Made by a program: the position numbers and the translations under genes. Below the pieces are notes generated by a model. The model was not told the DNA's origin, did no database searches, and saw nothing but the letters and a program-made list of their open reading frames with translations. From Massilia eburnea (GTDB lineage Bacteria; Pseudomonadota; Gammaproteobacteria; Burkholderiales; Burkholderiaceae_D), in NCBI RefSeq assembly GCF_009720745.1, contig NZ_WNKX01000004.1:127421-191420 (forward strand): a stretch of DNA of 64,000 bases, written 5' to 3'. Shown here one piece after another: positions 1-8,841 of this stretch. Each line of letters starts with the position of its first letter. Positions within the stretch are counted from its first letter, which is position 1.

Positions 1-1311
1 GGCAGCGTGATCCCGGTGGTGAACCTGGGCCGCCTGTTCGATCCGGCGGCGGAAGCGGCGAAGCCAAGCGACAAGATCGCCATCATCGATTACCAGGAAG
101 TGCAGGTCGGTTTGCTGGTGCATGCGACCGGCGAGATCCTGCGCGTGCGGCCCGAGCAACGCAGCCGGTTGCGTTATGCGGAGGGTTCGACACAAGGGGT
201 AGTAGCCGGCACCATCTTGTTGGAGGAGGGCAGGCGCCTGGTCCAGGTGCTCGACATCGAGCGCCTGGTGCGCATCGAGAACGTGCCGCAGGTGCAATCG
301 ATGCGGGCGACGGGGGCGGAAACGCGGCGCCAGCTGCGTGTGGTCGGCGAGCGCCGCCACGCGATCAGCTTCCGCGCCGCCGGCGCCCGCTTCGCGATCG
401 AAATGAAGGCGATCCAGGAAATCGTGCGTGTGCCTGACCTGGCCGAGTCGGTGCTGGCCAGTCCCCTGTGCCTGGGGCGCATGCACTTCCGCGGGCTGCA
501 GGTGCCGGTGGTGGACTTCGCCGCGCTGGCCGGCGGGCAGCGGGCGCCGGAAGATGCCGAGCAGCGCGTCCTGGTGGCCCATATCGGCGAGGCGACGGTC
601 GGCTTCCTGGTCGACGCGGTGGAAAGCATCCTGCATTTCACCAGCGATGAAGTACTGCCCATCCCTCTGCTGAGCAAGGAGCGCAGCGGCATGTTCGCCG
701 GCTGCGTGGCACGCGGCGGCGAGCAGGATGTGATCCTGCTGGACCACGCCGCCATTTTCTCGCGCAGCGAGATCGGCGAGATGGACCTGGGCCACCGCCA
801 GCTCTACCCGGCACAGGGCGCGCAGGGGGACGCCGCGGCGCGCCAGCGCGCCGGACGCAAGGTCTACCTGAGCTTCCGGGTCGGCGAGCTGTTCGCATTG
901 GAGCTGAAGCAGGTGCGCGAGATCATCGACCACGCCGGCGACATCAGCCATCCGCCCGGCATGCCGGACTACCTGTGCGGGGTGCTCAACCTGCGCCAAC
1001 AGCTCATCAGCCTGGTCGACCTGCGCCGCCTGTACGGGATGGCGGCAGCTGGCGAGGGCGCCGGCAAGGTGCTGGTGATCGAGCGTGACGAGGGACGCTA
1101 TGGCCTGGTGGTCGATGCTGTGGCCGACATCGTCACCATCGACGACGGCAAGCGCTTCGCTACTCCTTCGTTGATGAAGAAGGAAGAAGCACAGGGTCTG
1201 TCGGCCGAATCGAACGAGGTGCTGGAGATGCCGCAAAGCGATGGAAGCACGCACAGCACCTGCCTGCTCGATCTCGAACGTGTGATGAAGCGAATTTTGC
1301 ATGTCGCGTAA
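1..1311 (+). CDS. CheW-like domain protein with three tandem CheW domains; 5' end probably truncated by the window edge (frame open to position 1)
   Basis: Three repeats of a CheW-type segment (...ISFRAAGARFAIEMKAIQEIVRVPDLA..., ...YLSFRVGELFALELKQVREIIDHAG...LCGVLNLRQQLISLVDLRRL..., ...IAIIDYQEVQVGLLVHATGEILRVRPE...). No stop codon between position 1 and the track start at 7. Confidence 0.6.
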   Translation, partial: GSVIPVVNLGRLFDPAAEAAKPSDKIAIIDYQEVQVGLLVHATGEILRVRPEQRSRLRYAEGSTQGVVAGTILLEEGRRLVQVLDIERLVRIENVPQVQSMRATGAETRRQLRVVGERRHAISFRAAGARFAIEMKAIQEIVRVPDLAESVLASPLCLGRMHFRGLQVPVVDFAALAGGQRAPEDAEQRVLVAHIGEATVGFLVDAVESILHFTSDEVLPIPLLSKERSGMFAGCVARGGEQDVILLDHAAIFSRSEIGEMDLGHRQLYPAQGAQGDAAARQRAGRKVYLSFRVGELFALELKQVREIIDHAGDISHPPGMPDYLCGVLNLRQQLISLVDLRRLYGMAAAGEGAGKVLVIERDEGRYGLVVDAVADIVTIDDGKRFATPSLMKKEEAQGLSAESNEVLEMPQSDGSTHSTCLLDLERVMKRILHVA

Positions 1312-1346
1312 TCGCGACGAAAAAAAAATTTCAAACGCCGTCATCA

Positions 1347-1396
1347 AGCGCCCCGGTCTCGCGTTGAAACGCAGGCCGGGGCGCTTCGTTTTTTAT
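1347..1396 (+). terminator. Rho-independent terminator after the CheW-like gene
   Basis: GC-rich hairpin agcgccccggtctcgcg / cgcaggccggggcgct followed by tcgttttttat. Confidence 0.5.
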
Positions 1397-1694
1397 AAAG
1401 CCTTTACCTAAAGGCGTTATGCGAAGGTGTTCGATCAGGTGGCGAGCGCGCGAGGTCGGCGAAGGCGTCGCGCAGCGCGTCTCAATGTGCGCTAACGCGC
1501 TGATCGACACAAAAAAAGAAGAAGAAAATCATTCGTGCTAGTTGCGCATCAACAAGCTTTCGTGTACTTTGCGAACTTGAAATCGCGTGAATATGCAAGC
1601 ACTGTTTTTTCGAGTGTGTTGTTACCGCAAAAATCGAAAAATAATGGGAACCAAAAACGCATAAGTATGCTTAAAGACCACACGACGACAGCGA

Positions 1695-1739
1695 AGCCGC
1701 TCTCCTGATCTCTCGATCAGGCCGGGCGGTTTTTTATTT
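1695..1739 (+). terminator. Orphan intrinsic terminator-like hairpin with T-run in the AT-rich intergenic region; no upstream CDS
   Basis: cctgatc-tctc-gatcagg hairpin extended by GC pairs, followed by ggttttttattt. The only annotated ORF here (1622..1846, minus) is a weak shadow ORF. Confidence 0.35.
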
Positions 1740-2037
1740 GAACGCTGGTCGTTACACGTGGCCCGACGAGGGGTCGAGGAGCTGAATGCACGCCCCACCC
1801 GCGCAATCGTCGCGACAAAGAATTTGAGTCCTGCGCTGCCCAGCACCGGCGCAGGAATCGATGGCTGAAGCGCTGCACTTGTGAGGAGGTGCAGCAGTTC
1901 AGCTGGGTGCCGAATTCATTAGCGCAAACCGCAATCCTGTTTGTGCCGATGAATAATTCGCCTGGTCCAGCGCAGGGCCGGACGGGTTTAAATCTTGTGC
2001 GTGAATTTTTCCCATCCCAGATGAAGGAGAACTAAAA

Positions 2038-3024
2038 ATGGCAACCGCCGCTAAGAAGAAACCAGCAGCCGCTAAAGCAGCTGCCCCAGCAAAGAAAGCT
2101 GCCGCCAAGCCGGCCGCTAAAGCCGCAGCTAAGCCAGCTGCTAAACCAGCTGCCAAGAAAGCCGCTGCCAAGCCAGCCGCTAAACCAGCAGCCAAGAAAG
2201 CCGCCGCTAAGCCAGCTGCAAAACCAGCAGCTAAGAAAGCAGCAGCTAAGCCAGTAGCGAAGAAAGCCGCTGCTAAGCCAGCAGCAAAACCAGCAGCGAA
2301 GAAAGCAGCAGCCAAGCCAGCAGCGAAGAAGACCGTCGCCAAGGCAGCAGCCAAGCCAGCAGCTAAAAAAGCAGCCGCTAAACCAGCAGCTAAAAAAGCC
2401 GTCGCTAAAAAAGCAGCAGCTAAGCCAGTAGCCAAGAAAGCAGCAGCCAAGCCGGCAGCCAAGAAAGCTGCAGCTAAACCAGCAGCGAAAAAGACCGTAG
2501 CTAAAGCCGCTGCCAAGCCAGCCGCCAAGAAAGCTGCTGCCAAGAAGCCAGCCGCCAAGAAAGCCGCTGCCAAGCCAGCTGCCAAGAAAGCTGCTGCTAA
2601 ACCAGCTGCCAAGAAAGCTGCTCCTAAAGCTGCTGCCAAGCCAGCCGCAAAAAAGCCAGCCGCTAAGAAAGCCGCTGCCAAGCCAGCTGCTAAAAAAGCC
2701 GCTCCTAAAGCCGCCGCAAAACCAGCTGCCAAGCCTGCAGCTAAAAAGGCCGCCCCAAAAAAAGCCTCGGCTAAGCCAGCAGCCAAGCCAGCTGTTGCGC
2801 CAGTAGCCGTAGCACCGGCTGCAGCTCCGGCTGCTAAACCAGCTGCCCCTAAGAAGGCCGCTCCGAAGAAACCAGCTGCTCCTAAGAAGGAAGCTGTGAA
2901 GCCAGCCGCCGCACCAGCACCTGCTGCTGCAGCCGCTCCAGCTCCAGCCGCCGCTCCGGCAGCTAAAACCGTGATCGCCCCGGCAGCCGCCTGGCCGTTC
3001 CCGACCAGCACCCGTCCTTCCTAA
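2038..3024 (+). CDS. Histone H1-like / AlgP-like nucleoid-associated protein made of AAKKAAAKPAAKP-type repeats
   Basis: Strong SD (aaggag) 8 nt upstream of the ATG. 328 aa of almost pure Ala/Lys/Pro repeats, typical of betaproteobacterial H1-like (BpH1/AlgP-type) proteins. The opposite-strand ORF 1899..3011 is the mirror artefact. Confidence 0.75.
   Translation: MATAAKKKPAAAKAAAPAKKAAAKPAAKAAAKPAAKPAAKKAAAKPAAKPAAKKAAAKPAAKPAAKKAAAKPVAKKAAAKPAAKPAAKKAAAKPAAKKTVAKAAAKPAAKKAAAKPAAKKAVAKKAAAKPVAKKAAAKPAAKKAAAKPAAKKTVAKAAAKPAAKKAAAKKPAAKKAAAKPAAKKAAAKPAAKKAAPKAAAKPAAKKPAAKKAAAKPAAKKAAPKAAAKPAAKPAAKKAAPKKASAKPAAKPAVAPVAVAPAAAPAAKPAAPKKAAPKKPAAPKKEAVKPAAAPAPAAAAAPAPAAAPAAKTVIAPAAAWPFPTSTRPS
2044..2770. 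repeat. In-frame tandem DNA repeats (about 33-36 bp units) encoding KKAAAKPAAKP
   Basis: Repeated gccaagccagc(a/t)gc(t/c)aa(a/g)aaagc(a/c)gc units visible across the CDS. Confidence 0.7.
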
Positions 3025-3054
3025 GCCGTTAAACGCTTAGTGCCGGATGGCGAA

Positions 3055-3096
3055 AACACCGCTGTGTGAGACAATCGCACAGCGGTTTTTTTATTT
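3055..3096 (+). terminator. Rho-independent terminator after the histone-like gene
   Basis: caccgctgtgtgagacaatcgcacagcgg hairpin followed by ttttttttattt. Confidence 0.55.
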
Positions 3097-3107
3097 GGAG
3101 TGAACTC

Positions 3108-3635
3108 GTGTTTAGTATTCTTAAGCTGATCGTCGATGTGGTCGCCGGCCTGCTCGGTGGCGTGCTGTTGCTGCGATTCTGGATGCAGGCTATCCGCGTC
3201 CGACCGCCTTCGTCGGTGGCACAGTTTACTTTTCAATTATCGGACTGGCTGGTGCGGCCCTTGCGCCGCATCGTCCCCGGCATGGGGGGCTATGACTGGG
3301 CCAGCCTGATAGGCGCTTTCCTGATGGTGATCCTGGCGACTTCGGTGCTGTTCCTGATAGGGGCGACGCCGGAGCTGGTGCTGCTGGCGGCCTTGCACCG
3401 CTTCCTGGAGTGGATCCTGTTCGGCTTCATGGCGCTGTTGATCATCGAGGCGGTGTTCAGCTGGGTTAATCCGCATGCGCCGCTGGCGCCATTCGTGCGT
3501 GCGCTGAATGAGCCGCTGCTTAATCCGATCCGCAAGGTGGTGCCGCTGGTGGGCAACCTGGATTTGTCGCTGCTGGTGGCGCTGATCCTGCTGCAGATCT
3601 GCCAGATCCTGCTTGGCATGCTGTTCGGCGGATGA
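3108..3635 (+). CDS. yggT: YggT family inner-membrane protein
   Basis: Hydrophobic YGGT-type sequence (ILKLIVDVVAGLLGGVLLLRFWMQ...). GTG start at 3108 preceded by ggag; the track ORF start at 3066 lies inside the upstream terminator. Confidence 0.65.
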   Translation: MFSILKLIVDVVAGLLGGVLLLRFWMQAIRVRPPSSVAQFTFQLSDWLVRPLRRIVPGMGGYDWASLIGAFLMVILATSVLFLIGATPELVLLAALHRFLEWILFGFMALLIIEAVFSWVNPHAPLAPFVRALNEPLLNPIRKVVPLVGNLDLSLLVALILLQICQILLGMLFGG

Positions 3636-3928
3636 GCCGATCGTGGTGCTCCGCGCTGCCGGGCGGCGGCGTGCGGGTGGCGGTGCAGATTCAGCCTAAT
3701 GCGAAGAAGACCGAGGTGGTCGGGGTGCTGGATGATGCGCTGAAGATCAAGCTGGCGGCCCAGCCTATCGAGGGGAAGGCGAATGAGGCGCTGGTGAAAT
3801 GGCTGGCGTCTTCGCTTGGCGTTTCACGCAGTTCCGTGACGTTGACGCATGGGCAGACCAATAAGAAGAAGTTGCTGGAGGTGGCGGGGGTGACGCTGGA
3901 GGATGTTGTTCGGCTTTTAACCCGGTAA
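3632..3928 (+). CDS. yggU: DUF167 / YggU family protein
   Basis: ...VQIQPNAKKTEVVG...IKLAAQPIEGKANEALVKWLASSLGVSRSSVTLTHGQTNKKKLLEV resembles YggU. Start overlaps the yggT stop. Confidence 0.65.
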   Translation: MSRSWCSALPGGGVRVAVQIQPNAKKTEVVGVLDDALKIKLAAQPIEGKANEALVKWLASSLGVSRSSVTLTHGQTNKKKLLEVAGVTLEDVVRLLTR

Positions 3929-4087
3929 ACCTGGGTACGACCCAAGGGTCGGACCCTGTCTGTTCGCCGGCCGCGGGTTTCGGTTGTGCGATGTTGATCT
4001 TCGCAGAATGGCAAAGGCTTTCACCCCAATCCTCGGCCGCAATACCGTTGAGGGTCTGACCCTTGGGTCAGACCCTGGTTTACCGGG
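3919..4087. repeat. REPIN-like pair: two inverted copies of a roughly 37-bp REP (cccggtaaacctgggt(a/c)(c/t)gacccaagggtc(g/a)gaccc) flanking a roughly 90-bp spacer
   Basis: 3919-3957 cccggtaaacctgggtacgacccaagggtcggaccc. The reverse complement of 4050-4087 reads cccggtaaaccagggtctgacccaagggtcagaccc. Each copy is internally palindromic. Confidence 0.6.
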
Positions 4088-4088
4088 C

Positions 4089-5033
4089 TTAGAAGCGGTA
4101 GCCGAAAGCGGCTTCAAACTTGTCCGCGATTTCGGCCGGGGTGAACACGTGATTCTGTGCACCCTTGGTCACAATCTTGATCGCGCCCAGGAGGCTGGCC
4201 AGGCGCCCGGTCGATTCCCAACCCAGGTCGTTGACCAGGCCAAACAGCAGGCCAGCGCGGTAAGCATCGCCGCAGCCGGTCGGGTCCAGGTCCATCGACG
4301 CATCCACCACCACGGCTGGAATATCAATCCGCTTGCCGCCGGTATAAATCTCCGAACCCTTCTCGCCGCGCGTCACGATCAGCGCTTCCAGCTTCGAAGC
4401 GATATCGGGAATCGTCAGGCCGGTACGCGACATCAGCAATTCGATCTCATAGTCATTGCAGGTCACATAAGCCGCTTTTTCGATGAAGCCGATCAGTTGC
4501 TCAGGCGTGAACATCGGCATCTGCTGGCCCGGGTCGAAGATGAACGGAATGCCCAGGCGCGCCAGGTCTTCCGCGTGCTTCAACATGCCCAGGTGGCCGT
4601 CCGGCGAGATGATCGCGATGCGGGCGGCGCCGGCTTTTTCGATCGGGTTCTCATGCGCGAAGGACATGGCGCCAGGATGGAAGGCGTTGATCTGGTTGTG
4701 GTCCGCGTCGGCGGTGACGAAGCACTGCGCGTTGTAGGCATCCTTCTTGATCAGGATATTGTCGGTCGACAGGCCGAGTTTCTGGAAGCGCTCCAGGTAC
4801 GCTGCGCAGTCCTGGCCCAGCACGCCCACGATGCGCGGATCGCCGCCCAGCATCTTCAGCGAGTAGGCGATATTGCCGGAGCAGCCGCCAAACTCGGTGC
4901 GCATGGTCGGCACCAGGAAGGACACGTTGACCTTGTGCAGCTGGTCGGCCAGCAGCGTGTCGCCAAAGCGGCCTTCGTATTGCATGATGATGTCGATGGC
5001 CAGCGAGCCACAGACAAGCGCGGTTTTGTTCAT
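4089..5033 (-). CDS. PfkB-family carbohydrate/nucleoside kinase (adenosine kinase-like)
   Basis: Ribokinase/PfkB-like sequence with GG N-terminal motif (GSLAIDIIMQ...GGCSGNIAYSL) and C-terminal DPTGCGDAYRAG signature. Confidence 0.75.
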   Translation of the reverse strand: MNKTALVCGSLAIDIIMQYEGRFGDTLLADQLHKVNVSFLVPTMRTEFGGCSGNIAYSLKMLGGDPRIVGVLGQDCAAYLERFQKLGLSTDNILIKKDAYNAQCFVTADADHNQINAFHPGAMSFAHENPIEKAGAARIAIISPDGHLGMLKHAEDLARLGIPFIFDPGQQMPMFTPEQLIGFIEKAAYVTCNDYEIELLMSRTGLTIPDIASKLEALIVTRGEKGSEIYTGGKRIDIPAVVVDASMDLDPTGCGDAYRAGLLFGLVNDLGWESTGRLASLLGAIKIVTKGAQNHVFTPAEIADKFEAAFGYRF

Positions 5034-5040
5034 AGTATTT

Positions 5041-7908
5041 TTATGGGTAGAAAATGGCGATGTGATAGCCGGAGGCTTTGAGCTCTTTCAGCTCAAAGTA
5101 CAGTTTAATGCTTTGCTCGCTGCGCGGGCCGAAGCCTCTTTCGGCGTCCGCTGGCGACGGCAGGTATTCGCGCGGGGCGAACACGCGGCGCAGTACCGGC
5201 TTGTCGGCGTTGTCGTTCAGGGTCAGTTCGATGTGCGGCCAGGCCTGTGCGGTCTTGGACTGGTTGCGCAGCACGGTGCTGAAGCTGAAGGTGTTTTCGG
5301 CCATGGTGGCCAGCTCGCCTTGCTCGATACTGAGGGCGTCGAGCTGGGTGGGCAGGGCGATCTTGCAGCCGAGCGGCTGGCACATGGCGGCCAGCGTTGG
5401 CTTCAGCTGCGGGTAGTTGGCGGCCAGCGTGTCGCGGAAGGTGGTAGCAGCTTGCAGGGCCAGGCCGGCCAGCAGCACGGGGATGCCGATGGCCATGGTG
5501 ATGGCGGCGGCTTTGCCGTACTTCTGGCTGCGGTCGACGCGCTTCACGAAGCTCAGGTCGGAATGGTCGAGGTCATCGGCTTCGTCGACGCCAGCCAGGG
5601 CGCGCATGCGGGCTGCGGCAAGGGCGGCTTCGGCTTCGGCCTGTTCTTCGTCGATGGGCAGGGACTCGCCGTCATCGGGGACGTCGGTGTTGACGGCTGC
5701 CACGGCGTGCAGGGCGGTGGCGTCGCGTTCAGGCTCCGGCTCGGACAGGCTCCAAGGTTCGCCGGTTGGCGAGAGGTCGTGGATTTCGGCGGCGGCCGAC
5801 CATGGTTCCTCGGTTAGCGAAGGTTCGCTGCTTGCCGGTGCGGCGTCGGCATCGAGGTCGAGGGCGTCGTCTGCTTCGGGGGCGGCATTGGCGTCGGCGG
5901 CGAAGGAGGCCTCCTGCGGCTGGTCGGCTGGCGGGAGGTCTTCAAAATGGTGCGCGTCGTCGATTGCGGCTAGGACAATGTGCTCTTGCGGGATGTCGAA
6001 CGAAGGCTCGATGCGGCCGTCGGGGCGCGCGTTGTCGGCCGACCATTGGTCGATGGCTTCAATCAGGGCCGCGCCAGCGGGAGCATCCGGTTCTGCGCCG
6101 GCCTCGAAGACGGGAACTTCAACTTCGGGCGCGGGTTCTGCATGGTCGGGTTCCGACGGTGCGGCTGTTGCGGCTATGCCGGTTGCGGGCTGCTCGTCGG
6201 TGGCCGGCGCTTCGTCGGCGGGTGGGGGAAGCGCCTCGTCAGCGGCCGGCGCGTCGGCGGCACTCGGTTCATCGGCGGCAGTTAGCCCGCCGATGGCGGT
6301 GGGGCCGGCGGCACTTGGCAGTTCGTCGGCGGCTGGGGCCTCGCCAGCAGCTAGTGGCGCGTCGGCGGGGAGCGGTTGACCGGCGGCGGGTAGCTCGTCC
6401 ATGGCGCCCAGTCCGTCTGTAGCGGGCAGCTCGTCGGCAGCCGGCGCCTCGTCAGTCAATGCCGCGACGGCGGTTGGCTGCGTCGGGACGGCGGCTTCTG
6501 GCGCCGCGACATCGGCGGGTGATGACGAGCCGGTGGCTGGCGCTTGATCGGCAGCAGGTGGCTCGTTGGCTGCGACCGGTTCGTCTGCAAGCGGCAATTC
6601 GTCCGCAGCAGGCGGCACATCAGCAGCGTGCGGCGCATCGGCAGTAGCGGGCAAATCAGAAGCGAACGGCACGTCAGAAACGGACGGCACATTCACAGCA
6701 GGCGCTGCATCGACAGCAGGCGCTATATCGACAGCAGGCGCTATATCGACAGCAGGCTGCGCATCAGCAGAGCGCTGCTCGACGGCGGCTGGTGGCGTTT
6801 CGCCAGCGGGCGAAGGCGAGTTCACTGCATGCGCAGGCTCGGAAGTGTCGAACAAAAAATCGTCGACAAGCGGCGTGATCTCCTGGGCGGGCGCTTTCTT
6901 TTCGTCTGACGGGCTCTTGGCGTTGTTGAAGGCGCGGGCAACTGCGGCCATGGCGGCGGCGTCGGATGCTGCCGATGCGTTTGCCGGGATGTCTTCCCAT
7001 ACCAGCAGCTTTTCGTCGATCGCAGCCGACGGCGAGGCGGCAGGTGGGACTGCCGCGGTGGCGGGCGGAGGCGCCGAAGCTGTCCACGGCCCGGAAGCCG
7101 GCGGTTCACCGGCCGCTTCCGAGAATGCGTCATCGGGGGATACCAAAGCTGCCAGCGGGTGCGGCGCGGGTGGCGCTGCTGTCGGCGGCTCGGCTGGGCG
7201 CAGCGGCGCTTGCGGCGGCGCAGGCTGCGGAGCTGCCTGCTGCGCCGGCGAAGGTGTGGTCGCGGCGGCAAAGGCGCGCGCTACGGCGGCGCGGGCAGCG
7301 TCGTCGGGCGAAGGCTCGGCGGCTGGCGCCTGCGTGGCGGCAGTGCGCCAGACTGCAGGCGCTGGAGCTTCCGCCGGCGGAAGTGCGGAACCTGTCGGCT
7401 TGACCGCAGGCGGCAAAGTGGTGGTAGCGGCCCGCGCCGGTGCAGCATCAGCCGCCTTGAAGGCCGATTGTGGCTCGGCAGCACGGGAGGCCGGCGGCGA
7501 AGCTTCAACCGGCTTGGCTGCGGGCAGCCCGGTGCTTGCGGGGCGCGGCGGAGCGATGTCGGGCGCCTTCGGCGCAAATGGCGGCTGGGCAGGGCGAGGC
7601 GCGGGCGGCGCGGCATGCGGCGCTGGCGCGGCATGCGATGCCTCGTCGGCGAAATCGAGTTCGAAGTCGACGGGGGTGCCGTGGACGTAGTCGGAGATGG
7701 CTGGGGTGGTGTGCGCCGGTGCGGCGCGTTCCGCGACGACGTCGGGAATGACGGGCGTAGGCTTGGCCGCCGGTTCGACTAGCGCGGAGTTGCCATCGAA
7801 GACCTGGTGGCAGGAGCCACAACGGACAATGCCCCCGCGCAGTTTCAGCTGGTCAGCCGCGACCCTGAAGATCGTATTGCAATGGGGGCATTTAGTGGCG
7901 AGCGCCAT
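5041..7908 (-). CDS. Zinc-ribbon (MJ0042-type) N-terminal / DUF3426 C-terminal protein with a roughly 700-aa Pro/Ala-rich low-complexity core
   Basis: N-terminus MALATKCPHCNTIFRVAADQLKLRGGIVRCGSCHQVFDG (CxxC...CxxC). C-terminal TM plus DUF3426-like tail. Located after prmA as in other betaproteobacteria. Confidence 0.65.
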   Translation of the reverse strand: MALATKCPHCNTIFRVAADQLKLRGGIVRCGSCHQVFDGNSALVEPAAKPTPVIPDVVAERAAPAHTTPAISDYVHGTPVDFELDFADEASHAAPAPHAAPPAPRPAQPPFAPKAPDIAPPRPASTGLPAAKPVEASPPASRAAEPQSAFKAADAAPARAATTTLPPAVKPTGSALPPAEAPAPAVWRTAATQAPAAEPSPDDAARAAVARAFAAATTPSPAQQAAPQPAPPQAPLRPAEPPTAAPPAPHPLAALVSPDDAFSEAAGEPPASGPWTASAPPPATAAVPPAASPSAAIDEKLLVWEDIPANASAASDAAAMAAVARAFNNAKSPSDEKKAPAQEITPLVDDFLFDTSEPAHAVNSPSPAGETPPAAVEQRSADAQPAVDIAPAVDIAPAVDAAPAVNVPSVSDVPFASDLPATADAPHAADVPPAADELPLADEPVAANEPPAADQAPATGSSSPADVAAPEAAVPTQPTAVAALTDEAPAADELPATDGLGAMDELPAAGQPLPADAPLAAGEAPAADELPSAAGPTAIGGLTAADEPSAADAPAADEALPPPADEAPATDEQPATGIAATAAPSEPDHAEPAPEVEVPVFEAGAEPDAPAGAALIEAIDQWSADNARPDGRIEPSFDIPQEHIVLAAIDDAHHFEDLPPADQPQEASFAADANAAPEADDALDLDADAAPASSEPSLTEEPWSAAAEIHDLSPTGEPWSLSEPEPERDATALHAVAAVNTDVPDDGESLPIDEEQAEAEAALAAARMRALAGVDEADDLDHSDLSFVKRVDRSQKYGKAAAITMAIGIPVLLAGLALQAATTFRDTLAANYPQLKPTLAAMCQPLGCKIALPTQLDALSIEQGELATMAENTFSFSTVLRNQSKTAQAWPHIELTLNDNADKPVLRRVFAPREYLPSPADAERGFGPRSEQSIKLYFELKELKASGYHIAIFYP

Positions 7909-7925
7909 CAGTCGGGAAGATTACC

Positions 7926-8837
7926 TTATGCCAGCGTGCCGGACAGGCACACCCAGCCTTCGTGCTCAGCCCAGACGCTCAGCTTGATGAACGGCGCGTA
8001 GGCCGCAGCAACTTCTTCCGCCTGGCGCGCCAGCACGCCGGACAGCACCAGCGAACCGCCCGGCGCCACGCGGCCGGACAGCATCGGCGCCATCAGCTTG
8101 AGCGGCGAGGACAGGATGTTGGCGACAACGATGTCGAAACGCTGCGAGGCGAACGACGATTCCGCGAAATCATCCGGCACGAAATACTGGATGTCTTCCA
8201 CGCGGTTGCGCACCGCATTGTCGTTGGCCGACACGATAGCCTGTGGATCAATATCCACGCCTGCCACGATTGTGGCGCCCAGCTTGCGCGCCACCATGGC
8301 CAGGATGCCCGAACCGCAGCCGTAGTCCAGCACGGACTTGCCCGGAGCCGGATGGCTTTCGAGCCACTCCATGCACAGCTTGGTGGTCGGGTGGGAACCG
8401 GTACCGAAGGCCAGGCCAGGGTCCAGTTCCAGGATCAGCGCGGAAGGATCCGGCGCCTCGTGCCAGCTTGGCACGACCCAGATGTTCTTGCCGATGTGGA
8501 TCGGCTCAAATTGCGACTGGGTCAAACGCACCCAGTCGGCGTCCTCCACCTTGCGGGTGGTGAACTTGGGCAGGTGAGCCAGCCCGACCGCGCCAGCGGC
8601 AGCCGCCACGATCAGGGCCTGGTCTTCCTCGTCATCGGTCAGCGCGACCACGCGGCTATGATCCCATGCCGCTTCGGTCGGCTCCATGCCCGGCTCGCCG
8701 AACAGGGGTTTTTCGGCGTCGGTGCCTTCGTCGGCATCCTCCACCGACACCGACAGCGCGCCCGCATCCATCAGCGCTTCGGACAGGGCCTCAGCGTGTT
8801 CACGGGCTACTTCGATGACGATTTCAGTCCAGCTCAT
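7926..8837 (-). CDS. prmA: Ribosomal protein L11 methyltransferase
   Basis: [10 protein letters not shown]...[12 protein letters not shown]...DIDPQA motifs. Start moved to MSWTEI (ATG at 8835-8837) rather than the longer track ORF. Confidence 0.85.
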   Translation of the reverse strand: MSWTEIVIEVAREHAEALSEALMDAGALSVSVEDADEGTDAEKPLFGEPGMEPTEAAWDHSRVVALTDDEEDQALIVAAAAGAVGLAHLPKFTTRKVEDADWVRLTQSQFEPIHIGKNIWVVPSWHEAPDPSALILELDPGLAFGTGSHPTTKLCMEWLESHPAPGKSVLDYGCGSGILAMVARKLGATIVAGVDIDPQAIVSANDNAVRNRVEDIQYFVPDDFAESSFASQRFDIVVANILSSPLKLMAPMLSGRVAPGGSLVLSGVLARQAEEVAAAYAPFIKLSVWAEHEGWVCLSGTLA

Positions 8838-8841
8838 TTTA

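Noticed and set aside
2044-2770. Possible CRISPR-like array because of regular short repeats
   Set aside because: The repeats are contiguous, in-frame and coding (KAAP units) with no unique spacers, and no cas genes are nearby.
1899-3011. 370-aa Ala/Gly/Leu/Phe-repeat ORF antisense to the histone-like gene
   Set aside because: Produced by the same DNA repeats. Only the plus strand has an SD and a meaningful KAAP-repeat product.
5417-7822. Cluster of overlapping ORFs on both strands inside the DUF3426 low-complexity region (for example 5417..6379, 5766..6422, 6566..7690, 7159..7782)
   Set aside because: Repeat-driven open frames. The minus-strand 5041..7908 frame carries the zinc ribbon and C-terminal domain and is continuous with the prmA operon.
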